Assembly: GCA_030390025.1 (NCBI GenBank)
Contig: CM059436.1
Location: forward strand, 71,920,001-71,984,000
DNA length: 64,000 nt
Direction: 5' to 3'
Source of the DNA: Squalus acanthias
Lineage: Eukaryota
Numbering within the stretch: position 1 is the stretch's first letter; every line of letters begins with the position of its first letter. Position numbers and translations under genes: made by a program. Positions 1-12,319 of this stretch are shown here, piece after piece. Under the pieces are notes generated by a model. That model was not told where the DNA came from and searched no databases. It saw only the letters and a program-made list of their open reading frames with translations.

Positions 1-591
1 GGTTTCCCACGCTGCCATGGGAAATTACCAGACAGGTTACAAAGTGTAATAAATAAAGATTGCACCGCAGTAAAGTATAAAAAGGTAAGTCAATGTTACC
101 AGCATGGGTTTTCCCAAAGTTCCATGGGAAAGTCTGTTTGGGAGAGATGGTTGTTAATGTTTAGCTACTGTGTATATCAAAATACTGTAGCACCTTATTC
201 ACAAGTACTTTGGCACCAAAAAATACAACAAAAGACTTCTGTGAAGAAATGACCAATTTTTTTAATGAAAAGCATTCACAGTTGTTAGCAGCATGGACCA
301 GTTGTGCCAAAGTGGTACCTACAATTGATTTGTGATTTCAAATAAATCAAGAGAATTATGCAGTGTAGATGTTGCGAGGGAACAGTGCATACTTGTGCGC
401 AGAGTTGGTATCTCTGTCTTTCCATTACCCCATTTAACTCCAGGAGGGGCTTTTGTCATCACTGGGGTGTCAGTCAGAGACTGCATGACTTCCACCAATT
501 ATCTTCAACCTGTTCTGCTCTCAAGACAAGGCTGCAGACAAACAACAGGAGAGGAGGCTGCACCCCTGAAAGACTTTCAGTTCCCACAAGG

Positions 592-753
592 AGATGGTTT
601 TTTGCAAGATAAGGGAGTGAAGGGTTATGGGGAGTGGACAGGGAAGTGGCTATGAGCCCAAGATCAACCATGATCTTATTGAATGGCGGAGCAGGCTCGA
701 GGGGCCAAGTGGCCTATTCCTCCTCCTATTTCTTATGTTATTATGATCTTATG
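592..753 (+). mobile_element. CR1/HER1-like LINE 3' tail
   Basis: 'catgatcttattgaatggcggagcaggctcgaggggcc...cctatttcttatg' matches the tails of longer CR1 copies in this window. Confidence 0.75.
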
Positions 754-1464
754 GTCCTCTCTTGCCATGTGAAAACATTGAAGGCATTGGTGAGATCAAG
801 TTTGGAAGAATGGTGCCACCAAATCTGACACCTTTTGCACACAGAGGACCCATGGCCACAACCTCCCCGACAGGCTCACAGCATCCCACTTGTACCTGCC
901 ACCACAGTTGATTTGCCTGCCCAGGGAGCAGTTTGGCATAGTTTAAGGTTACACCTTGCACAGTCACCAAGGAGAAGCACAGCTGTAGGAAATAGCTTCC
1001 TTCACTTCTGCGTAGGCACTGTACTAAATGATGAAACGTTATTTTCTCCTTTGTTGTTGTATCAATGCCGTTAGAAGAAAAAGCGAGAGAGGTTATAAGT
1101 GCCATCCATAGGAAAATTGGGTGTACCGAGAGTAGGGAATCTCTTGACAAGCTCTTGCTCCCTGCAAGGTTTCACACCACCATCAGAACCTCACAAAATC
1201 AAGGATCAATGAGAACGATTAGAGGGGGAAACTTGCTGGGCTATAGGGAACGAGCAGGAGGAGTGGGACTAATTGGACAGCTCTTTCAAAGAGCCAGCAG
1301 AGGCATGATGGGCTGAATGGCCTTCTTTTGTGAGAACTATAATCTGAACCAATGTCTTGCCCACTCTCAGGAATGCTATAACACAATGTACCAAGGTGTG
1401 AGGGGATCATGGGTACATAACAGTTACTGCACTTCAAAGTAACTGAAGCATTTTGAGATGTTTC

Positions 1465-1835
1465 GGAGTAACTTTTTTAAATTTTCATCCTCGTTTTCCC
1501 ATCCATACATGGCCTTGCCCCTCCCTATCTCTGTAGTCTCCTCCAGCCCTACAACCCTCCGAGATCTCTGTGCTCCTCCAATTCTGGCCTCTTGTGCGTC
1601 CTCGATTTTAATCGCTCCACCATTGGCGGCCGTGCCTTCAGCTGCCTGGGCCCTAAGCCCTGGAATTCCCTCCCTAAACCTCTCTGCCTCTCTAGCTCGC
1701 TCGCCTCCTTTAAGACTCTCCTTAAAACCTACCTCCAGTCCTAATATCTCATTATATGGCTCAAATTTTGTTTGATAATCGTTCCTGTAAAATTCCTTGG
1801 GACGTTTTACTACGTTAAATGCAAGTTATTGTTGA
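1465..1835 (+). mobile_element. L2-like LINE 3' fragment
   Basis: Encodes GGRAFSC-P-WNSLP-type ORF2 C-terminus; ends 'taaatgcaagttattgttg'; near-identical copies at 6298, 22885 and 24208. Confidence 0.75.
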
Positions 1836-2039
1836 CATTATAAAGGTGCTATTTAATACAAGTCTTTCTGCATCTGCAGTTGCTTACAGGCTGAACTTCA
1901 GATTTTCATTGTGCCAACAGTAGGCTGTTGTCAAGCAAATGCCCAACAGGTCTCACAGAACAAGAAAAAAAAACTTAAACTATAGGACCATATACTTCTA
2001 TTGAATCTTTGGAGTTTAATAGGAATATTTTGCTTGCTC

Positions 2040-2348
2040 TGGCCCCCATCTGCTCTCTCAGGTGGACGTAAAAGATCCCACGGCACTATTTCGAAGAAGA
2101 GTAGGTAACTTCTCGCTGGTGTTCTGGCCAATGTTTATCTATCAACCAACATGACTAAAACAGATTATCTGGGTCATTATCACATGGCTGTTTGTGGGAG
2201 CTTGCTATGCACAAATTGGCTGCTGCGTTTCCTACATTATAACAGTGATGACACTTCAAACAGTACTTCATTGGCTGTAAACCACTTTGTGACGTCTTGA
2301 GATTGTGAAAGGCGCTATATAAATGCAAGACTTTCTTTTCTTTCTTTG
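2040..2348 (+). mobile_element. SacSINE1/DeuSINE-like SINE, 5' truncated
   Basis: Central 'aaaagatccca.ggcactatttcgaagaagag' and tail 'aaaggcgctatataaatgcaag'. Confidence 0.85.
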
Positions 2349-2744
2349 CAGAAGTTGGGATATCACTCCCTCCTAATCACATTCCTTTGCTTTTTTTAGC
2401 TGGAGGATAACAAAAGGAAAGGGAACAGCACTGGACCCCAGCTCATCAAGCACTTGAAAGGCAGAATGGAGGCTGCAAGGCACCTGGAGCTTTGAGGCAC
2501 AGATGGTGGGGCTAGGCACCTGGGCCCTATGATAAGTGTGATTGACATTTAAGTCATAGGGCCAATTTTATGAATTCAAGGTCTTGGTTATTTGGATGCT
2601 CAGGCGGGTGCTGTCATCTTCCTAAATGCTTTCTGCTTGTAGGTCAACCAGAGAGAGATAATCAAGACAGGCAAAACACCAACCTGGACTGACCTGTCCT
2701 CCTGCACTTGCTGAATCACCCAGTGCGGACCCCTCTAACTTATT

Positions 2745-3467
2745 GGCCCGTATTTTCCGATCGGAGGCTTCCTGCGTGCGGAGGCCTCCGATCTGGAAAA
2801 AATCTACGCCCTTACCTGAGGGCTCCAGAGGTCCGGCCATTTCCACTCCTGGGCCTCTGCTCTATGAAATGCGCAGGGCCCAGGTATCCCAGGGGCACAT
2901 ACGGTTCGCAAGCATCCCTGGAATTATGTGGACCATGGGGAACCAATGGGAGAAGGGAATCTCCCTTCATACTTTTGACAGCTTAGACTTGTCAAAAGTA
3001 TGAATGGAAATCACTCCAAAAACACATCAAAACATTAAATAAATTAAAACAAAAAATCACATTTTTAAAATTAGTTAAAATTAAACTTTTTGAAAAAAAA
3101 TTAAACGGGGCTAAAAATAAACTTACCTTTTTTAAAAGTATTTTTAAATTATAAATGAGTGAAAAAAAAAATATTTGTTTTACCTTTTTAAACTCTTATG
3201 CTGGTAAAAGCAGGCCATACACCTGCTTTTACCAGGCGTAAGATTTTTAAGGGATTTCAGCGGGCGGAAGTTCTGCAGAAAGCGGAATTCTCCCCCCGCA
3301 GAGGCCCTTCTCTAGGGCAGGCGTACGATCTGTCAAAAGGATTCTTGACAGATCGGAAATGTCGGTTTCAGCGCATGCACTTCGCATGCCTGAAACCGGC
3401 ACTTGTGAGGTCCCTACGGGTGTGTACACAGCTCGTACACACCTGTAGGGATCAGAAATTACAGGCC
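2745..3467. mobile_element. Non-autonomous Harbinger-type element (MITE)
   Basis: TIRs GGCCCGTATTTTCCGATC / GGCCTGTAATTTCTGATC (rc); CpG-rich ends, AT-rich core. Confidence 0.7.
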
Positions 3468-4194
3468 AATATCTCAAACTATGTGAGGTGCCAACTTCCA
3501 TGCTGGTGCTTGGAAGACTGTGAACGGGGTGATGGTACTTCTTCAGTAGGGTTCGCCCCCTCATTCTGTGTTCCTGCAAAGCCCCAAGGCATCTAATAGA
3601 CGTAGAAAAAGAGGGAGAAGGACAAGCTTGGCACCTCATGGCAAAGGGAAGCAGTAGCAGATATCTGTCAGTGCAACGCACCACCAGATTGTCATGCTGA
3701 GTGTGTGAGTTTATAAGCGAGAGAATTAAGTAGAAAGAGAAAAGGAAGGGCATGTGCCCCTTAGCCTGCTGTGCTTGGCCCTAACCATCATCACCTCCAA
3801 TGCTACATGTTGTTTCTCGACCAAGAATGTTGATGGTAGCCTCATCCATTGGTGTCAGGATGTAGGACCTCCTCCTGTTTCCGTACTCTCTGTTCTGTTG
3901 TATGCCAGCAGGAAGATTAAAAGTAGGTTTTCTGTGAAGGGTTTTGTAGATGTGTGAGGCAGCGTAGCATAGTGTCCATGATGAGTGTTAGAAGCAACAA
4001 GTGTGGTCTAAGAGGAGGAAATAGCTGTGAAGGCAGTAACAGGTCTTGAGTGTTTTTAGTGCATAATGAGGGAGCTGCAGTGAAATGTCCCAATGTGACT
4101 GGGGGAGAGGAATGGAAGCAGGGAAGGGAAGGATTGATACTGCTTGGGCTAATGTAACTTGATGCAGGACTGTGCAGAGAGTAAGATGTGCCGT

Positions 4195-4400
4195 GAAAGG
4201 GAATCTTACCTTGCCAGTCCCGGTGAGGTCATTAAAATCGAAATCCTGGTGGCATTGACCTGCTCTGTCACCTCTCTTTATTGCTGCTGACCCATTTGTC
4301 TGGACACCCATCACCCAACAGAGGGGAAGAAAACCTCATTCCTGCTGCTCAATGAACACCTCCATGACTGCATCAGAGAATGCGGATGCCCCAAATGAAG
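4195..4400 (-). pseudogene. Relic of Harbinger Myb/SANT-like ORF, exon 1
   Basis: Broken frames read SAFSDAVMEV..EVTEQVNA..FNDLTGTGK|gtaag, paralleling PRFSDASLDV..EITQEVNS..FNDLMRSGK|gtgag at 57168-57407. Confidence 0.6.
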
Positions 4401-4759
4401 CTATGCTGCCTGCTGCCTCAGAAAATTGCTTTCACTAAACCATCATTAAAAAGTGCACCTCCCCTTTCAGGTGCTGCAGGTTGCCTTTAACTAGCATCCA
4501 TCCTGTTGCACCTCCCTTACTAATTGGCAAGCTGCCTCTAAGGCAAAGCAATTAGCACTGACAGCGCATGACTACAGTTAAATGATGCCCACCCACGTAA
4601 ATGCCTTGGGCCTCCTGCTGATTGCAACAGGCAGGTGGAGCAGATGAGTTGCTCACCACCTAGTGGCCTCGAAGGGTCACGTTGGATAGAAGCTTAATGC
4701 TACACCCAAGTCCTTGAGGTTGTCACTAAGTCTGTCTGCAGCAGGTGACATAACCGATT

Positions 4760-4900
4760 CGGGCGAAGGGTAATAGACCTGAAACATTAACCTAACCTTT
4801 TCCTTTCATTTCACCACAGATGCTGCCTGATGCGCTGAGTGTTCCCAGCATTTTCTGTTTTATTTCAGATTTCCAGTATCTGTAACATTTTATTGTTTTT
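4760..4900 (+). mobile_element. Penelope-like terminal repeat fragment with decayed hammerhead
   Basis: 'gacctgaaacattaac...cacagatgctgcctga..gctgagtgttcccagcattttctgttttatttcagatttccag', reverse complement of the 43021 repeat. Confidence 0.65.
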
Positions 4901-4914
4901 TTTTCTTCTGACAT

Positions 4915-5235
4915 CGAATTACATCAAGTCTACAGCACAGAAACAGGCCATTCTGCCAAACTGGTCCATTTGTGCTCCACACAATCCATTCCCACCCCTC
5001 TTCATCTCACCCCATCAACATATCCTTCTATTCCTTTCTCCCTCATGCACTTATCTGGCTTCTCTTTAAATGCATCTATGCTATTCAGCTCAACTATTCC
5101 TTGTGGTAGCGAGTTCCACATTCTAACCACTCTTTGGGTAAAGAAGTTTCTCATGAATTCCCTATTGAAGATTATCTTATATTTATGACCTCTAGTTTTG
5201 GACTCCCCCACAAGTGGAAACATTTTCTATATTCT
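4915..5235 (-). mobile_element. CR1 LINE 3' fragment
   Basis: ORF 5002-5223 TRGH..RNFFTQRVVRMWNSLP is the CR1 ORF2 C-terminus. Confidence 0.85.
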
Positions 5236-5914
5236 ATCTTAATCATTTTGTTCTCACACTTTTTTGGGGCTTGAGGAATTTTAGTGGTAACTCCTTTTCT
5301 TATTCTCTTTCAGCCTCCATAGGCCACAAATATTTCTTGGCTGATAGTGAAAATTTTGCAACAGCAGCCAATACCTACAATATATTCTTTTCCACTCACG
5401 TCCTTATAGAAATTCACCTGTAACACTTCCTTCATCTGAATGTGGCTGCAAATTGCATGTAAATATTAGCATATCCTTTTTGGGCCACATCATGGCACTT
5501 TGCTGTCACTGTACGTGCTTCAGATAATTGGAACTTCACATCTTATTCTCTGCTTGAAGGAGTTTATCTCACATAACGGGAAGGAGCAAGGCCAGATGGC
5601 TGGAGGCCCAACGAACCTCAGTGCACTGACAGATTTTGCAGTCTTCTTGATCCCCAAGGCTTTGAGAGCGCGGGGGTTGGAGAAGCGGGACCTCACTTCC
5701 GAGCACACAGTTAGTCCCGTCCTTCACATGCTCCTTCTTCAGGCCCAACTCACTCCCCCTGCCAAGTTATGGCAGCAGTGCACCAGATGGCTGAGGATTT
5801 CCATCTCCAGTCTGTCACTGAGGGGAAGCACTGAGGAAGTGAACACTGGGCCACCCACATGCACATCACATTTACGAAATAAAATTTGGTTTAACTGTTT
5901 TCACAAAGTGTTCT

Positions 5915-6880
5915 TGGTATGATCCTGTGCTGATGGTCACAGGTAAGCTACATGTGTTCCTTGTGGTTCATAAATGTGCAGTTATTGTGTGCAAGAATGA
6001 AGAAAGGTGGGAGGAGGCTCGTGTAGAGCATAAACACCGGTATGGATGAGTTGGGCTGAATGGCCAGTTTCTGTGCTGTAAAATCTATGTAATTCTATGT
6101 AAAGAGGCTATAGGGCCACGTGGATACCAGCAATAACTCCTTGGACTTTGGGGTATCCTCCTATTTTTGGAAAAAGTGCAGTGCCCTCTCATGCTGTTGC
6201 CAGTTCACAGGATACATAAAGAATTTCCTTGCTCTGGCAAACAAGGCATCAGGTACCTGCTTGACACATCTGTGCACCTCAGATTGACTGATGTTTCTGA
6301 AGCCCTACAAACCTCCGAGATCTCTGCGCTCATCCAATTCTGGCCTCTTGCGCATCCCCTATTTTAATCGCTCCACCATTGGTGGCCATGCCTTCAGCTG
6401 CCTAGGCCCTGAGCCCTGGAATTCCCTCCCTAAACCTCTCCGCCTCTCTACCTCTCTTTCCTCCTTTAAGACGCTCCTTAAAACCTACCTCTTTGACCAA
6501 GCTTTTGGTCACCTGTCCTAATATCTCCTTATGTGGCTCGGTGTCACATTCTGTTTGATAACGCTTCTTTGAAGCGCCTTGGGATGTTTTACTATGTTAA
6601 AGATGCTACATAAATGCAAGTTGTTGTTGTTGTTGAAGTTGAGTGTTGTGGTGGCCTTGAAAGCCACCATGCCTTGTGCTGGACATCAGGTTTCAGCTTG
6701 TGGCACAACTCCATCACAGCCTTTCGGGTGAACCACAGTCTACAAAGGCAGAATTCCTCAAACAAGCCTAGGTAAGTGAGCCTCTGGTTTTCACAGTAAT
6801 GGCGGGTACTGGTTGTGTGCATCTGGTACAACCTCATCTTCCCAGCATCACTCCATTGTTCATCTTTCTCTTCCAAAGGA
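5915..6880 (-). pseudogene. Decayed Harbinger transposase interrupted by L2 and CR1 tails
   Basis: RLTYLGLFEEFCLCRLWFTRKAVMELC (ORF 6592-6876), GGYPKVQGVIAGIHVA (about 6115-6165) and FMNHK..LTCDHQHRII (about 5920-5975), colinear with the 59.5-60.5 kb transposase. Confidence 0.7.
6298..6635 (+). mobile_element. L2-like LINE 3' fragment
   Basis: ORF 6291-6521 ..GGHAFSCLGPEPWNSLP..SFKTLLKTYLF; (gtt)n tail. Confidence 0.8.
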
Positions 6881-6959
6881 CATAACTAGAGAGATATTTC
6901 CATTAGACCAGGCATGGCCCAAATCTTACATCTGAATGCACTACCTGTCAACTTGTTAA

Positions 6960-7245
6960 AGAATGATACAGCACAGAAGGAGGCCATTCGGCCCATCGTG
7001 CCTGTGCCAGCTCTTTGAATGAGCTATCCAATTAGTTCCACTCCCCCTGCTCTTTCACCATAGCTTTGCAAATTTCTCCTTTTCAAGTATTTATTCAATT
7101 CTCTTTTGAAAGTTACTGCTGAATCTGCTTCCACCACCCTTTCAGGCAGTGCATTCCAGATCACAACAACTCACTGCTTAAAATTTTTTTCTTCTTTTCC
7201 CTCCTGGATTTTTAGCCAATTATCATAAATCTATGTCCTCTGATA
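6960..7245 (-). mobile_element. CR1 LINE 3' fragment
   Basis: 'acagcacagaaggaggccattcggcccatc...caccctttcaggcagtgcattccagatc'. Confidence 0.75.
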
Positions 7246-7679
7246 TTATAAATATTGTTCTATTTTAAATTCAATTGTTCACATTTATAACTGGCTGTGT
7301 AAATTTGTCACTCTGTAGTGACACTCCCCCACTATTGGTAATGCTGTAGAACCTCAGCTTTTACTGTGAACAACCTCCTACACTCCAATCAACTCCACTT
7401 CTCCGTTTCCCAAATTGCCTTGAGTTTTCCTACTTAACTATAAATAATACTATCAAATCAATGTATAATATTTAAAATAAGAACAGAATGTGTGACTTTA
7501 AAATGGGGACTGAATTATGTGTGTGCACCCTAGTCCAATTATAATATGCATAAAACCACTGGATCCTTTCCCTCCTTCAAATCCCCTCTCCCCAACCGCA
7601 CCTGTGCCCCCGCCCCGCCACCCCCCACCCCCCCGCCTCACTCCTCACAGATACATCCACCGGGTTTACATCCTACCAA

Positions 7680-8148
7680 TGTCAGCTGTGGTTCAGTGGG
7701 TAGCACTCTTGCCTCTGAGTTAGAAGGTTGTGGGTTCAAGTCCCACTCCAGAGACTTGAGCACAAAAATCTAGACTGACACTCCAGTGCAGTGCTGAGGG
7801 AAAACTGCACTGTTGGAGGTGCTGTCTTTCGGATGAGACGTTAAACCGAGGCCCCGTCTGCCCTCTCAGGTGGACGTAAAAGATCCCAGGGCACTATTTT
7901 GAAGAAGAGCAGGGGAGTTATCCCGGGTGTCCTGGCCAACATTTATCCCTCAATCAACAGAACAAAAACAGATTATCTGGTCATACTCACATTGCTGTTT
8001 GTGGGAGCTTACTGTGTACAAATTAGCTGCCGTGTTTCCTACATTACAACAGTGACTACACTTCAAAAGTACCTCATTGGCTGTAAAGCGCTTTGGGACG
8101 TCCTGAGGACGTGACAGGCGCTATAGAAATGAAAATCTTTCTTTCTTT
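7680..8148 (+). mobile_element. Full-length SacSINE1/DeuSINE-like SINE
   Basis: tRNA-like head with A box TGGTTCAGTGG and B box GGTTCAAGTCC, conserved central domain, L2-type tail, (tttc)n end. Confidence 0.9.
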
Positions 8149-8709
8149 CAATATATTGGAATTTCAGGGTCTTATTTTCTGCAGTATAAACATTCCCGGT
8201 CTCCTTAGTTTCTCCTCGTAGCTTAGATTAGTGACATGATGGTTTGTGAGCCGCTGGAGCACTGAAAATGTCATGTCAAGGGAGGCAATGGGTCACCAAT
8301 AAATAATTCAATTAAATGGATATTCTAGAGTTTTGCTTGATTTAGCTTTGAAGGCAGGTAGAGATAAGCTTTGTAGAACTTTTCCTCAGAAGATTAAATG
8401 GGCCAGGTGGGCCAAATGGTCTTTTCCTGTTCCATACTTTGTTATGTTTTCTTATGATACCATCATTTTGAGTCAGTTGGTATTGTTCCTGCTCTTTGAA
8501 CAACCATGATCAACCAGCCCTCATTCTATCTAAAGTGTTCTAAATCAATTCATACTAGGTCACCAGGTAAATCATCTTGCTGCTTGATATCAGTGCACAT
8601 GACATTCTGAATGTTTGCAATTCTCCACACAGTGAAAAGCATCATTCCCAGCAGATTGTATTCCAGCACTTTGGGCCAGTTAAGACATCAGTGAGAGCAG
8701 ATTGAAAAC

Positions 8710-8946
8710 TTGCTCCATGTCACTTACATTGAACTGTGAAGCAGATTGCCAGGTTTACCCATATTGGTTGTGATCACCTTGGATGAATTCCTTCTAAGCA
8801 CAAACTCAGTGCACCATGCAAGCTGCAACCATGTACTGGATTTGTGCTTGCAGGAAGTCATCTATTGTGTAGGGGGGAGTCACAATCAAGGTGGGTAAAG
8901 TTGGCAATTTTCTTCACAGTTCAGTGAGAGTAGACTTGAAGGGCAC
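8710..8946. repeat. About 235-bp imperfect palindrome
   Basis: Left arm tgaactgtgaagcagattgccaggtttacccatattggttgtga versus rc of right arm tgaactgtgaagaaaattgccaactttacccaccttgattgtga. Confidence 0.8.
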
Positions 8947-9331
8947 CTGGTCACAAGTGCTGTTCCACAATGGTTGATGTTAGGACCATCCTAATTAATG
9001 ATTTGGATGATACCTGCCCCAGCTCCCAGTGGTAATCGCCCTTCAGTGCAGGGACTTGGCATTTGTGGGTCCTGGTCCTTGGCCCCCACCTTAGGGTAAT
9101 GATCTGACCTGCTCAGAGAGAAAGAGGGAATAACAATATATGATCCCTGGAGCTATTTCAATAATACGCTACAGAGCTTACAATTTCCATTCAATTTGAA
9201 ATTACTGCAAGGAAACCTCCTTGAAGTCTGTGACCCTTTCAGGAAGCCTCTACCTCTCCCTCACCACTTGACTGGACAGTAGCTGAGATTCTGAGCAGTC
9301 TATGCTCTCCCATTGGCGCTTACAGCTAAAG

Positions 9332-9730
9332 CAGTGTTGTCCAATACAAAAGCCAGTAGCAGTCACATGTGGCTAATTAGGAATATAGATGTGGCTAATT
9401 ACATGTTTGATGAGTAAATAAAATATGAGTAACAGACACCATCGTTGGGCCTGTGATCTCAATACTCACATTCGCACGGCGTGTGCATGTGAACTTTAAC
9501 CTTTTGTGTGTGTCTGTTGGTAAAATGGCAAGATGAAAAGCAGAGTGTGCGAGTGTTTTTTGGTTGTTGTGTGTGCTTTATTTCATTGGTTACTGCTTAT
9601 TGGTTATCTGCTAAAACAGTGTGTAACGTGGGTGAAAATACTGGGCTTCAGCACCATAGAAACACCAGCAACATTGTGTGGAGAGGGGAGCCGTCATTGT
9701 GGTGCACTCGCCCAATCGGAACAACCGCTA
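9332..9730. mobile_element. Possible hAT-Charlie (MER3/MER33-like) non-autonomous element
   Basis: Left end CAGTGTTGTCCAAT followed by 'agccagtagcagtcacatgtggcta'; right end only weakly complementary; no clear TSD. Confidence 0.4.
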
Positions 9731-9747
9731 TAGGCTAGCAGACTGTT

Positions 9748-10905
9748 AACAAAATGAGAGTGCACGGAATTGGAGGCAACCTATTGATATGGGTAGGGAT
9801 CTGGTTAGGAGGTAGGAGACAGAGAGTAGGGATAATGGGTATGGACTCAAATTGGCAGAATGTCACTAATGGTGTCCCCTAGGGATCTGTACTGGGGCCT
9901 CAGCTATTCACTACATTTATAAATGACTTGGCTGAAGGAATAGAGAGCCGTATATCCACATTTACTGACAACACTAAGTTAGGTGCCATGGTAAATAGTG
10001 TAGATGAGAGCAGAAACTTGCAAAGGGACATTGATGGATTAAATGAGTGGGCAAAACTGTGGCAGATGGAGTTCAATGTGGGGAAGTGTGAGGTCATCCA
10101 TTTTGGACCCAAGAAAAATAGATCAGTGTATTTTCTAAATGGTGGGAACTGTGGAACAGCAGAGAGATTTCGGGGTCCAAGTACAGAAATCACTAAATGC
10201 TAGTGGACAAGTACAAATACTAATTAAAAAGGTTAATGGAATGTTGGCCTTTATCTCAAGGGGCCTGGAATATAAAGGGGTGGAAGTTATTCTCCAGTTA
10301 TATAAAGCTCTGGTTAGACCCCATTTAGAGTACTGCTTTCAGTTCTGGGCACTGACGTAAGAAAACTACTAGGCACTTGGTCTAAGCGTTAAACAAAGCT
10401 TTAATCAACTGTTTTACAACATGGAGGTCTAGTTGTGTCCTTCTCTAGTTCCTGCTAAGAATGTCCTGTGCAAGCTGGGCCCGTGCCCGAGTATTTATAC
10501 TCTCCCTGGACAGCACCACCCGCAGGCCACTCAGTATTATTTCATAAGTCTTTCTTTCATGAATGACAGATTCATGTCAGGCACCACACCTTAGGAAGGA
10601 TATATGGACCTTGGAAGGGGTGCAGTGCAGATTCACCAGAATGATACCGGGGTTAAAAGGGTTAAATTATGAGGACAGGTTGCACAGACTAGGCTTGTAT
10701 TCCCTTGATTTTGGAAGATTAAGGGTGATCTAATTGAGGTGTTTTAGATGATTAAAGGAGTCGATAGGTTAGATAGAGAGAAACTATTTCCTCTGGTGGG
10801 GGGAGTCCAGAACAAGGGGGCATAACCTTAAAATTAGAGCTAGGCCGTTCAGGGGTGATGTCAGGAAGCACCTCTTCACACATCTGGAACTCTCTTCCCC
10901 CAAAA
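9748..10905 (+). mobile_element. CR1 LINE ORF2 fragment split by a solo LTR
   Basis: GVP*GSVLGP..FINDL..FTDNTKL, LVRPHLEYCFQFWA|PHL, with frameshifts. Confidence 0.9.
10353..10579 (-). mobile_element. Solo LTR, 227 bp
   Basis: TGAC...GTCA termini; exact 5-bp TSD GGCAC (10348-52 / 10580-84); minus-strand TATAAATA upstream of ATTAAA. Confidence 0.8.
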
Positions 10906-11695
10906 GCTGTTTTCTACTGATGCCTGGCCATGAAAATGGTTCATGCCTTTCACTGGTGCCATCGGGTGGACAGTGCCATCGATCTACCCACCGACCGCCC
11001 GATGCGCACCTAAAACGAAAATCAGTTCCTATATCTCTCTTAGATCTGTTACAAAAATCTCCTTCAAGAATGCTGCAGAATCTTGCCCGAATTGGTAATA
11101 CGGTATGCACAGGTCAAGTGTTGTTATTCCAGGACAGCTTTGTCAGCATCCTGTCAGAACTTGTACTTATCAGCCTTTTATGTCAGGGTTTTTTTTGTCC
11201 AGTTTATAACTTTTATCTTGTCTTATTTCATCTCTTTCTCTCAGTGCTGGGAATATGCAGCAGTAGACATCTCTCACTCCAGTATATAACATTTCTCATG
11301 TATATTTTATCTCTACTTAAATATATAGAGAAGCTGATTAGCTGATCTCTGTAGGATATCTAATATGACTTCAGGACAACTATTTCACAAGCAAGTGCCA
11401 TAAAAAAATACGAGAGAAATTTAAAACTGATAGAGTGCCCGATAAGACTCAAGAGTCAATATATTATTTGTAAGTTCATGTTACATTGTTATATATCAAA
11501 TCTTCTGTACAAATAATGAGCCTAGCATTGCACTTTCATTATTTTATGTCGTGGACATGGAATTATATTTCAGGAATCCGGAAAAAAAAGCGTTCAGCAG
11601 AAATGTTAGCTAAAATTTTTAATAGTCATTTTCTAATAGTTAAAATTCAGTTTAAAAAGTATCTGGTTTTGATCAATTTTCAGAATAATGACTAG

Positions 11696-12050
11696 AAAGA
11701 AAGAAGGACAGAACTTGCATTTCTATAGCACCTTTTATGACCTCAGGACGTCCCAAAGCACTTTACAGCCAATGAAGTACTTTTGAAGTGGAGTCACTGT
11801 TGTAATGTAGGAAATGCAGCAGCCAATTTGCACACAGCAAGGTCCCACAAACAGCAATGTGATGATGATGACCATATAATTTGTTTTAGTGATGTGAGTT
11901 GAGGGATAAATATTGGCCAGGACACCGGGGAGAACTCCCCTGCTCTTCTTTGAATAGTGCCATGGGATCTTTTACATCCACCCGCGGGGCAGACGGGGCT
12001 TCAGTTTAACGTCTCATCCAAATGACAGCACCTTGGACAGTGCAACACTC
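11696..12050 (-). mobile_element. SacSINE1-like SINE, partial
   Basis: Reverse complement of the 7680 copy. Confidence 0.85.
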
Positions 12051-12319
12051 CAGCGTTGTGGGTTTGACTCCACATAGAGTTATGACATCTTGCCCATTAG
12101 GTTCCCCACTGTAGTGCGTACTTGGAAATGCAGCCTTATCGTGCCACCTCGCACTACCCTGGAATTCATTAAATTTCACATTTGAAGGTGGTATTGTTCT
12201 TAGAATAGTGTTGAAATATTGTTAAACGATGACTAACACAGGGGCGGTTGTGGTCCAGATTTTTGAATCAGGTTTGTGCAGTGGTGCAGCTGGAGACTCT
12301 GATGAGGAGTGTATTGGAA

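Noticed and set aside
1-84. Open frame GFPRCHGKLPDRLQSVINKDCTAVKYKK ending at AAG|gtaagt
   Set aside because: The acceptor lies outside the window, the peptide is unrecognisable and no partner exon was found
7680-7750. tRNA gene
   Set aside because: It is a SINE head that continues into the SINE body, with many diverged copies
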